64,000 nucleotides of DNA from Eledone cirrhosa (GCA_964016885.1 OZ024747.1:82708001-82772000), one strand, 5' to 3'; positions 26,919 through 40,005 are shown, counted from the stretch's first letter. Numbers and translations are program-made. The notes: generated from the letters alone by a model not told the origin.

Positions 26919-26966
26919 CATGCCGAGCTGAAGATCCGCGAAGGTGAAACAATTGTTCTCGGTATG
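26919..26966 (+). ncRNA. Minimal type I hammerhead ribozyme, with inverted partial copy at 26867-26894
   Basis: CATGCCGAG-CTGAAGA-TCCgcgaaGGT-GAAA-CAATTG-TT-CTCGGTATG. 9-bp stem I, palindromic stem III ACAATTGT, GUU triplet. Confidence 0.75.
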
Positions 26967-26993
26967 GTGAACCAACTGTTGTGTAGCCACTTC

Positions 26994-27077
<84 letters not shown>

Positions 27078-27080
<3 letters not shown>

Positions 27081-27267
27081 CGAAGGAAATGTGATAAGGA
27101 ACCAGGTGGACCATAACGCACCAAAGTACTCAATACTTAGGGTAGTAGAGTGGGTAATAGGAACGAGTTGGACCCCGACGGCTGAGCTCAAGCCGTCTCG
27201 ACGGCTAATTCTGTCCAGAATTAGCTGTTGAAACGGCTTGAGCTCAGCCGTCGGGGTCCTACTCGTT

Positions 27268-27270
<3 letters not shown>
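27078..27270 (-). mobile_element. (TA)n-embedded ~190-bp element ending in a ~115-bp hairpin
   Basis: Hairpin 27157-27272 centred at 27214. Arm reads GAAA-CGGCT...AGCCG-TC, like an HHR 3' half. Near-identical inverted copy at 37611. Confidence 0.85.
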
Positions 27271-27358
<88 letters not shown>

Positions 27359-27659
27359 TATATACATATATAGAACAAACACAAGTAATCATCGAATGCC
27401 CTATGCATGATAACCCTGTGATAAACAGGCGAAACTCCAGAGTAACAGGACTCAGTATTTAGCCTAAATAAAATATATATACATACATATATATATATAT
27501 TTCCTCACCTGGTCAATATATATATATTTCCTCACCTGGTCAATATTATCACACGCAAACATAAATAAATGGACGTATTTTTATATAAAACCATATTATG
27601 TACAAGTATTAATAGCATATGTTATATAAATATAGTATGTATATGTATGTATTTCTATG

Positions 27660-27726
<67 letters not shown>

Positions 27727-28007
27727 CTGAATGCGTGTGTGATTGTGCGTATAATATTGGGACTTTAATATAATTGAAAAAATAGCAAAAACTAAAAATC
27801 ATAACGAAATATTGCAAATATAAATTTGAAAATATCTGAATAGTTTTTGAACAGTAAATGTTGTTCTGCGAATTGGCGTTAACTTACATTCCATTTTACG
27901 AGATTATTTAGATTCTCATATTTCTTCTTCTAAATGTTCTTTTACCTTATTGGGAAATATTTAAATTTTCTTCTCCATTTTTAAGTGTATGTTTATGTGT
28001 CTCTCTG

Positions 28008-28122
<115 letters not shown>

Positions 28123-28140
28123 CATATATATATTTATATA

Positions 28141-28181
28141 TGATGATTTCTCCCGAATGAAACAGTTCTAGTCCTGTAGAA
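28141..28181 (+). ncRNA. 5'-truncated hammerhead motif
   Basis: (TA)n joined to TGATGA-TTTCtcccGAAT-GAAA-CAGTTCTAG-TC-CTGTAGAA; the 5' strand of stem I is lost. Confidence 0.55.
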
Positions 28182-28203
28182 GCCTTTCTATATTAAAAAT
28201 ATT

Positions 28204-28243
<40 letters not shown>

Positions 28244-29430
28244 AGTGTGTGTATATATGTCTGTCTACATATATATGTGTGTGTGTGTATATATACCTGT
28301 GTGTGTGTGTATGTGTGCATATATATATATATATATACATGTGTGTGTGTGTGTGTGTTATTGCGTCTATTTTTTTGTTTAAGTTGTGTAATCTAGCATT
28401 ACACCAAATAGGGACCCATTAAATTAAGTCCTACATTCCTGTTTTGTAAATAAGTAGTGGAGTTGAAATGGTTGACTAAGGCCATGAAGGTGGTTCCCCA
28501 GTATGGCTGGGGTCCAGTGTGTGAAACCAGTAAATGAGTATACCAAACGTTTATATTAAAGTCACTCTACGAGATTTCTTCGGTGTTGTATCATACAATA
28601 TACAACTGCCATGTATGTATGTACACACACATACACATAAACACACACATACACACACGCACATACAGACCCAGACATACACACACGCACATACAGACCC
28701 AGACATACACACGCGCACATACAGATTCAGACATACATATACGCACATACAGATTCAGACATACATATACGCACATACAGATTCAGACATACACATACGC
28801 ACATACAGACCCAGACATACATATATGCACACGCATGTATGTTTGTGACTATGTCTCTATACATAGACACATAATTTGTGCTGATAAATTTATTTAAGTG
28901 TAAATAGTATCTAGTCAGAAACATATAAACACACAGAGGAAAAAAGATGAAATTAGTTAAACATAAAAGCTTTCAACTATGTAAAAAGTGGTGTTTTCAT
29001 AAGTAAAATATATGGTCAGTCTGAAAGTAATGTGGCTTTCTTTTCCCTTGAGTTCATCGATATCAGTTTATGTCTATCTATATATATATATAATATCGAC
29101 TGCTTATCGTACAGAGACGAAAACAAACTCACCTCTCTTTCTTTTTCTCATAGATATATATATATGTGTGTGTGTGTGAAGGAAGAATGTGTGTATGTGT
29201 GTGTGTGTCAAGGAAGAGTATGTGAGTGTGTATGTGTGTGTGTGTGTGTGTATGTATGTGTGTGTGTGTGTATGTGTGTATGTGTGGGGGGGGGGTATGT
29301 GTGTGTGTGTGTGTGTGTGTGAAGGAAGAGTGTGTAAGTGAGGGGGAAAGGGGAACACTTGTCTAAACTGTTTTACTTGTTTCAGACACATTATTATTAT
29401 CAGTTATTTTTAAAGTAGAAACAATTATTA

Positions 29431-29620
29431 AGGGCAGTGGGTTGGCAGTACCGGTAAAGGGTCGGACACCATGCTTTGTAGCATAGAGTTACGTCCCTTT
29501 ACGGTCTGAGTTCAAATCCTGCCGAGGTTAACTTTGCCTTTCATCCTTACGGGGTCGATAACATAAAGTACCAGTAATACACTGAGATAATTGCTGGCCT
29601 TGTGCCAAAAGTAGAAACAA
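29431..29620 (+). mobile_element. SINE family A, full length
   Basis: A/B boxes, core and tail. Confidence 0.9.
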
Positions 29621-29878
29621 CTATTATTATTATAAGGCAGAACTGATAGAGCGTCGGCGGAAACGCATTTTCCCTGCCTATAAAATGCAGGCCGTGTGCC
29701 TAAGTTAAATATCATTATGATTTATATATATGCAAATGATACCAGGAAGAAATTAAAGTGTACTCAAAACGTATTGTAGTGTAGAGTTAAAACAATATAA
29801 GTTTAAAGTCCAACCGGATGTTTATATTGGAAATAATCCACTACTAAGAGTATATTTTATAAATATTCACACACACTC

Positions 29879-29910
<32 letters not shown>

Positions 29911-29911
29911 T

Positions 29912-29948
<37 letters not shown>

Positions 29949-29959
29949 TCTGTCTCTAT

Positions 29960-29987
29960 ATGAAGAAGGGCTAAAGCCCGACACGTC
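29960..29987 (+). ncRNA. Degenerate minimal hammerhead motif
   Basis: ATGAAGA-AGGGCtaaaGCCC-GACA-CG-TC: two substitutions from CTGAAGA...GAAACGTC. Confidence 0.45.
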
Positions 29988-30103
29988 GAACTTTCTTTCC
30001 CTTTTTTCCATATAAAAGACTGGATGTGGCTTTGTTTGTTGTTTCCTTAAACTATATATACATACACACACTCATGCATATGTATATATAATATATATAT
30101 AGG

Positions 30104-30320
30104 AACGATCGACTTTGTTGTCAAATCGGACCGAGGGAACAATGTTTCCGTTGGTCTTTCCAATTGCTAATACTATCTATCGGTCGCAACTCCAGGTAGA
30201 AGGAGCAACGTGAAATAAAGTGTCTTGCTCAAGGACATAACGCATCGCCTGGTCCAGGAATCGAACTCACAACCTTACGATTGCGAATACAATTCTCTAA
30301 CCACTCAGCCACACGCCTTC
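30104..30320 (-). mobile_element. SINE family B, full length
   Basis: Minus strand A box TGGCTGAGTGG, B box GAGTTCGATTCC, family core. Confidence 0.88.
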
Positions 30321-31285
30321 ATATATATATATACACAGACATATATGTATGTTTAGTATGTGTATTGAGGGTATGTACTGTTCATCCTTAATGGTGTGAG
30401 TCGTTATTATCAGATACTATCAACATGCAAGTTGGGTGGATTATATTTCATAAAGCCTTATTGCATTAATGTGAACTAATGATGTGTCGTCCCTCTTGGG
30501 AAGAAGGCTATATGAAATAACGATGGGGTATCTAGGAACCACCAAGTAGGAGTTAATGAATCCAAGGAGAAAACTTCATTGCAACAAAACAAATGTCTTA
30601 CGAGTGCAAGATTAAAAGAAAATATGGACCGATGGAATTTCGTTGATAGGTGGGAGGACCGGTTAATTGGTAGTGCAGAAATAGGAAGGTTGCTTGACAA
30701 AATATGTGACGAGAAGAGGAGTGAAGAACAAACGGGTTTCCACGTAGTAACATGATCAGCTAGAAAAGGCAGTCAAATATCCCTTAGTACCTCCATATTT
30801 TTGTATTTTTGTTTTGTTTTTATTTTAGTTTCTATATAATAAGGAAAAGAGATCACGTGTACAATATAGTCCTCGGTACAAAAAATACGAGATCGCGGGT
30901 GAAAGAATTTTGATCATAGGCTTATATGATGACAGAAATGACTTGGAATTAAACAACAATATGCCAAAGTCGTACTTAGTAACTTTACTATTTACAGGAG
31001 AACACGGAAATTTGGCATGTTAGCATATCTAGATACTCAATGTATAAATGTATATACACAGTGTTTGTTACATCTGTACTGTATACATCGTATAGCGCAC
31101 TGTTTAATATGTATATTCATAACACATATGTATGTGTGTGTCGGTATGGATATATATACGTGTGTGTGTGTATATATAAATATCTATGTGTGTGTGTGCG
31201 AGAGAGAGATTATATATCTATATATATATATGTGTGTGTGTGTGTATGTGTATATCTATATGTATGTGTGTGTGTAAGAGAGAGA

Positions 31286-31321
<36 letters not shown>

Positions 31322-31602
31322 GTGTGCGTGTGTGTATATATATATATGTATGTGTGTGTGAGAGAGTGTGTGTATATATATATATATATCGGTGTGTATA
31401 TGTTTACCTAAATACCTCATTCTATAGATAATCTTAGAACTTCTGCTAATGAGAGCCACCAACTGTGCTTCTTATACAGTTTTTCACAGCTGCCTTCAGC
31501 TAATGTTGTGTGTGTATGTGTGTACGTGCCTATATATAGATAAATACATATACACACCTAGATAGATATCATATGCACAAAAACACACACAAATATATAT
31601 AT

Positions 31603-31710
<108 letters not shown>

Positions 31711-31974
31711 AGAACAACAACGTCAGAGAAAGGGAATTCATTATATATACAATTCGATTTACTGTCTGCTAATCCAGAACTGAATTGCAAATGTATAAAC
31801 ACGATTTAGACCAGGCTCTCCCATGGTTCGCATAAACTTTCAGTGGTGTCATCGTTGAGATTGAGGGCTTTTATTTTATGATATATTCTACCTTGAGAAT
31901 CATTATTTGCTAGTTATCGCAATTTAAACACTGCGATTGGACAATTTAAAAACAAATTTTAAATGTAATAATAA

Positions 31975-32400
31975 TCGTGTTGAAAACTCCTCGTCTTCTT
32001 GGCCCACGTGTGGGCAAAGTCCTCAAACACTCCTTCCAGTGGGTCCTGACAGAAGCAACCGTTTCTAATTGATCTTGCTGGATCACCATGTCAGACCAAC
32101 CAAGCTCATGGATGTTATCCGAACATCTTGCTCGGGGTTTACCCCTAGGTCTCCTACCAGTTTGTTTTGCCTGTTTTGCCAGTTTTGTCCAGCGATTCAT
32201 TCTTGAGACATTTTAACCACATATCCATAGTATCGGAGCTGTGATCCCTCAATTTGGAGAAGCAGCGACTCTACTCGGAGCTACTCTCTGACCTCTGAGA
32301 TACGCATTCTATGGAGTAACGCTACGCCAAAGGAAACCTCGGAGGAATCGCATTTCGACCACTTGTATTCGTGTTTGTATTCTGTCAGTCATTACCCATG
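31975..32400 (-). pseudogene. RTE-clade LINE 3' end fragment
   Basis: WVMT..., LLLQIEGSQLRYYG, TGRRPRGKPRAR..DNIHELGWS, typical of the RTE ORF C-terminus. Confidence 0.75.
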
Positions 32401-32508
32401 ACTATAGGTAAGTTAAGGGTTGGCACGTTAAGGGTTGGCACGAATACTGAATTGAAGACAGCGAGTTTGGTTTTACACATTCCTCCCTTCTTTGATTACT
32501 GAATGCTG

Positions 32509-32553
<45 letters not shown>

Positions 32554-32746
32554 GTATGTGTGTGTGTGTGTGTGTGTATTTGAAAATGTGGGAATCCAAA
32601 CGTTGAAAATAACAGTAAGAACAGTCTATCGTTATAGCGTTTAGGAAATCGGGTGAAATGCCCCTAGTGACGAAAAATGCGAACAGCAACCGCTAAAGAG
32701 AATCGAACTCCGTATCTCTCGAATACTGGCCGGCATCGAGATGAAG

Positions 32747-32875
<129 letters not shown>

Positions 32876-32928
32876 GTACATATATATACCAGGTGCACTT
32901 ACCGAACCCTTTTTTATTATCATTTTCC

Positions 32929-32987
<59 letters not shown>

Positions 32988-32998
<11 letters not shown>

Positions 32999-33850
32999 TA
33001 CATGAATCAAAGTTCTGTTCAAACCATTTATTCGCTTACAATTGTTTCTTCCAAACCGAGGTTTGGAGTCTTCGGAGCAATTTTTCAATGATTGTTTACA
33101 TACATGACCTCCTTTCCAACACAAGAGACATGCAGAAACATATGTTTATATAGATGCACAGTGGGTTGACATCCATTATAATATTTTAGCATGGCAATTT
33201 ACATTCAAAGATTAAAGTCATATTAAAAGAAAACAAAATTAAAGTTAAAAATCAACATTGGCAGTTTACGAAGATAATGCAAGAGGATAGTTAGAAGTAG
33301 TTAGTGTATGCAATAGTTACACGAGGGGCATGCACGTGTGTCTTGTTTATATAAGATTATAGTGCGGCAAGGTGTTATATGTAATACAAGCACTTTAAGC
33401 GGGCAATCAAGAGTATTATGGGGGTTGTATTGGTAAAGTATTTTTTATGTATGATATAGAACCTTGTGTGCAGAGAAATATTAAAAATATTAAACTGAGA
33501 AGCAAAACAATGTTATGGTTTTCGTATATACCACTAACTACTTCTAACTATCCTCTTGCATTATCTTCGTAAACTGCCAATGTTGTATTTTAACTTTAAT
33601 TTTGTTTTCTTTTAATATGACTTTAATCTTTGAATGTAAATTGCCATGCTAAAATATTATAATGGATGTCAACCCACTGTGCATCTATATAAACATATGT
33701 TTCTGTATGTCTCTTGTGTTGGAAAGGAGGTCATGTATGTAAACAATCATTGAAAAATTGCTCCGAAGACTCCAAACCTCGGTTTAGAAGAAACAATTGT
33801 AAGCGAATAAATGGTTTGAACAGAACTTTGATTCATGTAATTTCTATATA
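32988..33850. repeat. Inverted repeat with 319-bp arms (32988-33306, 33532-33850) and 225-bp spacer; each arm carries an HHR variant
   Basis: Positions pair with sum 66838; left arm abuts (TA)n. Confidence 0.95.
33758..33806 (+). ncRNA. Hammerhead motif with U4C core variant (mirror copy 33032-33080 on minus)
   Basis: TTGCT-CCGAAGA-CTCCAAACCtcGGTTTRGAA-GAAA-CAATTG-TA-AGCGA. Confidence 0.6.
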
Positions 33851-34491
33851 ACTGCTCTGTAGAACAACTGATGTTATTACATTGAGCTATTTATCTTGCT
33901 GGTAATAAGGTAGTAATAAATTACTGTCTTTCACTATTTAGGGTTTAAAATATATATAACTATAAAAGGTTTTAGTATATACATAACCATAAATAGTATC
34001 CTTAATACTATATATATATATATATATATATACACTAGCAGCATATCATCAGATCTTTTCCGGAATATCCACTTTTCTTTATCTCCCGCTTAAAAATTGA
34101 AACCGGAGTTGCTTTTTTAAAAAGACAATTTCATTCTGTTGTCTGATTGACGCCATAATGTTTTTCTTACTCCAGCCATTGCTTTTGTTTGGCATATTTT
34201 TGTCACCATAATAATACAAAAATGGAAAAAAAAACAAATATCTGCTTGTTTTTCGTCTACACTGAAAAAAGCACAGTAAATACCAAAAATGGTGATGCGT
34301 TTGTGTTTGCTAGACAAATATAGAAAACTAAAAACTAATTAGAAGCAAAATTTCAAGAGGAAATGTCAAAGAGATTTACAAACAAATTCATAATATAATG
34401 ATTGATTTGAATTAAAAAAATACTACGGCGATTTTTAATTACCTTCGTGACAGAAAGATATTTTTATGAACTACATTATGAACACACATGG

Positions 34492-34561
<70 letters not shown>

Positions 34562-34577
34562 TATATATATATATATA

Positions 34578-34632
<55 letters not shown>

Positions 34633-34689
34633 GTGTGTGCATATATGTATGTATGTGTGTGCGTGTATGTATATATAGATATATATATA

Positions 34690-34775
34690 TATAATAGGAA
34701 TTGTGGTAAGGAACCAGATGGACCATAACTCACCAGAGTACTCAATACTCAGGGTAGTAGAGTGGGAAATAGGAA
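34690..34775 (-). mobile_element. Truncated copy of the 27078 family
   Basis: GGAACCAGATGGACCATAACTCACCAGAGTACTCAATACTCAGGGTAGTAGAGTGGG between (TA)n runs. Confidence 0.8.
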
Positions 34776-34799
34776 GATATATACATATATATATACACA

Positions 34800-35406
34800 C
34801 GAGGGTGCTTCAAAATGTTAGTGGAAAAAGGACAGTTGAATAAAAAAGGTTTAAGTTATGATGTTTATTTTTCAACATATTCTCCATCTACGTCAATACA
34901 CTTCTGTAAGCGTTGATACCAGTCTTTAGGTCTGTCTGTGTAAAACTGAGGTCTATCTGTGTAAAACTGAGGTCTATCTGTGTAAAACTGAGGTCTGTCT
35001 GTGTAAAACTGAGGTCTATGAGATTTAAACCATGTCAAAGCACCTTTTTTTACATTTTAAACTCGGGATCATCTTCAACTTCATCTTTTCCACTTCTAAA
35101 ACAACTTATCCATTTGTAGGTTGTTGATTTATTTAGGGAATTGTCCCAATAAGCCTGCTCCTCCAGAGCATCAATGATTTGACTGCTCTTCTACCCAAGC
35201 TTCGCCATGAATTTGATGTTTTGATTGAAGCCATCTTGTTCGAGCGGGTGCCTATTTCCGACTGGCGGCGCCGAGTTGAAACACGCATTTAAGAGTTCAT
35301 GTTAGAACACGTCATGACACGATAGGTACAGGTGCATTGAGATCAAAATCCCTGCATATGATTTTAAGCTATGTTCTTTTTCCACGAACGTTTTGAAGCT
35401 TCCTCG
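34800..35406 (-). mobile_element. Internally deleted mariner transposon (Hsmar2/irritans-like)
   Basis: TIRs CGAGGGTGCTTCAAAA / TTTTGAAGCTTCCTCG-TA. Minus strand remnants IKFMAKLG*KSSQIIDALE..TYKWISCFRSGKDEVEDD and DWYQRLQKCIDVDGEYVEK*. Internal 21-bp tandem x4. Confidence 0.88.
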
Positions 35407-35502
35407 TATATATGTATATATACAAATATTAACGGAGTCAAAGACTTGCGTTATTCCCTGTAAATTATGTGCTCAAATGAAAAGGAATCCTGAGCTCTTC
35501 AA

Positions 35503-36030
35503 AATACAATATGTAGAAAGGATAACACACTAGAGAGAGAGAGAGAATGTGTGCAATCAAAAAATAGGGAAACCACCAGTGTATGGAATCTATAAACTAC
35601 GAAAGGTAAGGTAGACACATAATAATAAAAAAAATATAAATCAAAACGTGTATACGCACCTCTATAACTATATATCACACACGTACAAATCCAAAAGGAT
35701 TTGTTTCGCCACTATATTAGTGACTGAAATGTAAATACCAATGGGTCATCAGTATGTGCTTAGTAGATACATTCCAGATAACTCTAAAATACTTAAGATA
35801 ACCGTCCTACACCACGCGGTAGAGAGAAGTGATAGCGTGCGAAGGACAGTGAACCAGCAGCCCTTGAGAGACGAGCTGCTAGAAATGGCAGCCCGAAACC
35901 ACTCAAAGAAAAGTGCTCAACCAAACAAAGAGGAAAGACTATTTATAGATTCCATACACTTTTGGTTTCCCTGTTTTTTTTATCGCACACACTCTCTCTC
36001 TCTAGAGTGTTATCCTTTCTACATATTGTA
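35503..36030. repeat. Imperfect inverted repeat (~90-bp arms, ~345-bp spacer)
   Basis: ATACAATATGTAGAAAGGATAACAC...GGAATCTATAAA versus its reverse complement at 35942-36030. Confidence 0.8.
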
Positions 36031-36094
36031 TTATGTATATATATATATATATATATGTGTGTGCTTCTTCATTTGGCATATGACTAGCTATTTG

Positions 36095-36255
36095 AAGAAA
36101 AATAGATTAAATCGACCCCAGTGAATTACCGGTGTTTTATTTTATTGACCCCAAAGCTAACATCGGTTGGATTTGAACTCAGAAAGTAAAAGGACATAAT
36201 TAGCATATATGTCACAAAGCATGTCCAACGCTCTACCGATACTACCAATCCACAA
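36095..36255 (-). mobile_element. SINE family A, diverged
   Basis: Degenerate core GATTTGAACTCAGAA...CTACCGATACTACCAATCCAC. Confidence 0.7.
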
Positions 36256-37610
36256 CCATATGTTTATGTATAATATGTTTATGTATAATATGTTTATGTA
36301 TAATAAACATACATAAGTTTCATTGTGGGAGCACTAAATTCTATAGTATTTCAGAATCATTAATAAATATCTCAAAATATGTATTATTTAAAAAATCCAT
36401 ATATATGGAACTTAGGCTTTTTTGCTTCAGTAACGAGCGAATAAACGTAACTGTTTAGAGATTTCCCAACTTGTATGGTAAGTCAGGTATCTGATAATCT
36501 TGGTATATATGCTGCACCAATCTTGTACTCCAAAGATGAAATACATTCAACGCTATTGCCTTCATTATTGACAGCACATGTCTACAAGCACACATACACA
36601 CACGCACATATAGTGTATATATGTGTGTGTGTGTGTGAATGTGTGTACTGTATATTTAATAATATACGGGATGCTTATGAAAACATTTGAAAAGCCCTTC
36701 ATTATGAATTTTAAGGTTGTGTCGATAAGCTGATGAAACACATTTGTATACAGAGCGGTATCCGGTCCAGTATAAATGAAAAATTTGTATTCGTGCTCCG
36801 CCATAACCTTTGTTGAAGCAAGGTATGTGATGATCCTCAGAACCTTATAATTCATAGCGAAAGTCCTTCTACGTGTTTTATTATTAAATATACAATTCCT
36901 ACATTCATATCTATATCGCTGTCGGAGCACCAATAAACATTCTTAATATATATATATATAATTTATATTTGTATTAATCCCCAGAGTCTAGCTATTGGCC
37001 AGTTAATTTTATCGATTTTTTTTGGTTGATTCTATTGACTGATGAATAGCTTTGTTATATTTAACCATTCTGTCGAGAGCTTTATTCGATTTGTGATATT
37101 TTGCATTCTCGCAATATTATACACAACTGAATTCATTCGCCTAATATAGGTGTTGCCTCCCTTGCTGAACTCCACGTGGGGTCAGTAATAGTCACACTTA
37201 TGTATAGCATTTGAGCAGAAACCTGTTGAAAAAGTGGCTTCCTTGTTCAGTCATCTTACCAGAAGCCTAACATTCTTTATGTAAGTGGACAGGAATTGAT
37301 TTATGGAGCCGCAGAAACCCAAATACTGGATTTTACCATCTCTCCAGAGGTCCGGGTAAATTTTCAATCACATATATTTTTATTTGTTTGACCCGAATTG
37401 CTTGATCGGTTCTTTTTTTTTTTTTTTAGCTGTGCGGATGATTAGTTTAACCACCATCTCAGTGTGTTTGGCCTTTAACGTATGTTGTAGCTCTAATTCA
37501 TATGAATTATCGAGCGCTTGCCACACAACTCGGAAGTTATTTTCGTTAATTCCTGAGCTGAAATTCGATTCTCGCTAATTTATATTTATATATATATATA
37601 TATATATATT

Positions 37611-37799
37611 GGAACGAGTATGACCCCGACGGCTGAGCTCAAGCCGTTTCGACGGCTAATTCTGGATTGAATTAGCCGTCGAAACGGCTTGAGCTCAGCC
37701 GTCGGGGTCCTACTCGTTCCTATTACCCACTCTACTACCCTAAGCATTGAGTACTTTGGTGCGTTATGGTCCATCTGGTTCCTTACCACATTTCCTTCG

Positions 37800-37802
<3 letters not shown>
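37611..37802 (+). mobile_element. (TA)n-embedded element with 5' hairpin (27078 family)
   Basis: Hairpin 37611-37720 centred at about 37665, then the shared tail ending TTCCTTCGTTA-(TA)n. Confidence 0.85.
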
Positions 37803-37870
<68 letters not shown>

Positions 37871-38775
37871 TATATTGGTAAGCAGCATACACAGCATTAC
37901 AAAACCGCCGACTTAGATTACTAAATTGAATGAGGTCATTTTAAAATAAAAATTTTATTTTATGCATGGGAGAAAAATATATTCATTAATTTCATTCGGA
38001 TAATTTTCACAGGATATCAATATTCCTGGCAGCAGAAGTGGAATTAATTTGGTCGAAAGTCACCCATACTTAAATCATTATGGTCCCTAGTCAACGTTTG
38101 TCGATGACAATACACTCACATCACTCAAATTAGTCTGTCCACCGACAGACATATGCATACATTTAATTCATTTCTTTCTGCTTACTAATTATTTCAGAAA
38201 GACACTATCTGATTCAGCTGAAGCCAAATGATAAAATAGGAAAAATATTTTAATGAATTAACTGAATCCAATGAAGCCGTTCTTCCCAAGCTGTAATTAA
38301 GCAAGACACGAGCAATAAACAATTTGAATTTAGTATCGCTTGTGTGAACACATGACGATATACTAGACTATCAAACAATTATTTTTTTATCATCATCTTT
38401 ACGCTAGTTGAAACATTTTCATTAATTTCACTTACTCAGCATCGTCAGCAACGTTATCAACACTGTCCTCATTATCACACTCATTATCAATGCAAATATC
38501 ATTATTCCAATAACTACTATAAGAATAGGTATAAACTGTTCTCATAACCTATGACATCATGTATCAGTGGGTCTCTAACGGTATCTGGGTATGTGGCAGC
38601 TGGTTTATAAAACTTGGAGTTATATTTTTCTTTCTAGAATGTGTTTCAGGGAGATCCATTTCAACCTGTGGCATGTGCCCGTGTGAATTGTCGTGAAAAC
38701 CAGCTTGAACGTACGAAATGATAAATGACACAATGCTGGATCTCCGTCGGTACCGATGACGAGTTGTCCAGCTAT

Positions 38776-38823
38776 TCAAACAACGGAATAGTTAGCATCC
38801 GGCCTATGTTGAGAGGGGTGGAG
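38776..38823 (-). CDS. Putative terminal coding exon of an unidentified host gene (LHPSQHRPDANYSVV*)
   Basis: Acceptor ctatcttttag, in phase with the 39636-39801 exon. Followed by ~0.8 kb of unique sequence and AATAAA near 37955. Confidence 0.45.
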   Translation of the reverse strand, partial: LHPSQHRPDANYSVV

Positions 38824-38875
38824 CTAAAAGATAGTAACCTTACATCCACTAGTCAAAATTGCAACAGAAATGACG

Positions 38876-39580
38876 AATAGAAGAAGAAAAAGAAAAAGAA
38901 AAAGAAGAAAAAGAGAAAGCAGAAAAAGAAGAAAAAGAAGAAAAAGAAAAAAGAAGAAAAAAGGAAAAGAAAAAGAAGAAAAAGAAAAAATAGAAAAAGA
39001 AAAAGAAAAAGAAAAAGAAAAAAAAGAAAATAAGAAGAAAAAGAAAAAGAAAAAGGGAAAGAAAAAGGAAAAAAAAAGAAAAATAAGAAAAATAAGAAAA
39101 ATAAGAAAAAGAAAAAAGAAGAAAAAAGGAAAAGAAAGAGAAGAAAAAGAAGAAAAAGAAGAAAAAGAAAAAATAGAAAAAGAAAAAGGAAAAGAAAAAG
39201 GAGAAAAAAAGAAAAATAAGAAAAATAAGAAAAAAGAAAAATAAAACAGAAGAAAAAAAAGGAAAAGAAAAAGAAGAAAAAGAAGAAAAAGAAAAAATAG
39301 AAAAAGAAATAGAAAAAAAGAAGAAAATAAGAAGAAAAAGAAAAAGAAAAAGGAAAAGAAAAAGAAGAGAAAAAGAAAAAGAAGAAAAATAAGAAAAATA
39401 AGATAAAGAAAAAAGAAGGAAAAAAAAGGAAGAGAAAAAGAAAAAGAAGAAAAAGAAAAAATAAGAAAAAAAAGAAGAAAAAAAGAAGAAAATAAGAAAA
39501 AGAAAAAGAAAAAGGAAAAGAAAAAGGAGAAAAAAAGAAAAAGAAGAAAAAGAAAAAGAAAAAGAAAAAGAAGAAGAAGG
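38876..39580. repeat. ~700-bp almost pure purine (GAA/GAAAAA) tract
   Basis: Directly visible; explains the poly-F/K ORFs. Confidence 0.95.
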
Positions 39581-39635
39581 CCAAATCACTTTCAATATTC
39601 ACAGTTAGTGTATAATCAGTTACGTTCAGACATAC

Positions 39636-39801
39636 CTGGATTGGGTGGTGGGGTGGCTCTTCCTTAGGTAAAATGTCATTATCATAACGACATGCAAATC
39701 GCTTTGAACATACGTATTCTTCAAGTATGTCCTTGACTTGACAACGTGCAGGTTCATTGATCATCATTGACTTAGCGTTGAATTTAGCCGAAACAGATGC
39801 A
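39636..39801 (-). CDS. Putative internal coding exon of an unidentified host gene
   Basis: Acceptor atttcacttcag, donor CAG|gtatgt, 166-nt open frame ASVSAKFNAKSMMINEPARCQVKDILEEYVCSKRFACRYDNDILPKEEPPHHPIQ. Confidence 0.55.
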
Positions 39802-39878
39802 CTGAAGTGAAATTCGGAGATAATGTGATGTTACCGTGAAACATTCCAAACCATCAACCACCTGCTGATTTGCCAATT

Positions 39879-40005
39879 ATTAGATTCACCTTGTTGATTT
39901 GAGAAATGAAATAAAAATGCGCGATTGCACAAAAAGAGGGAAGATTTCGTATAGATGTGGTATCTTAATAATCGGGTTTATCTGTGTGATTCCCTTCTCG
40001 AAATA
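39879..40005 (+). repeat. ~125-bp direct duplication, second copy at 41378-41504
   Basis: TATTAGATTCACCTTGTTGATTTGAGAAATG...GTGATTCCCTTCTC at both positions. Confidence 0.9.

Noticed and set aside
39640-39700. YDNDILP...PIQV as a Cys-loop receptor N-terminus
   Set aside because: The similarity is only a few residues, and the best next exon terminates the protein.
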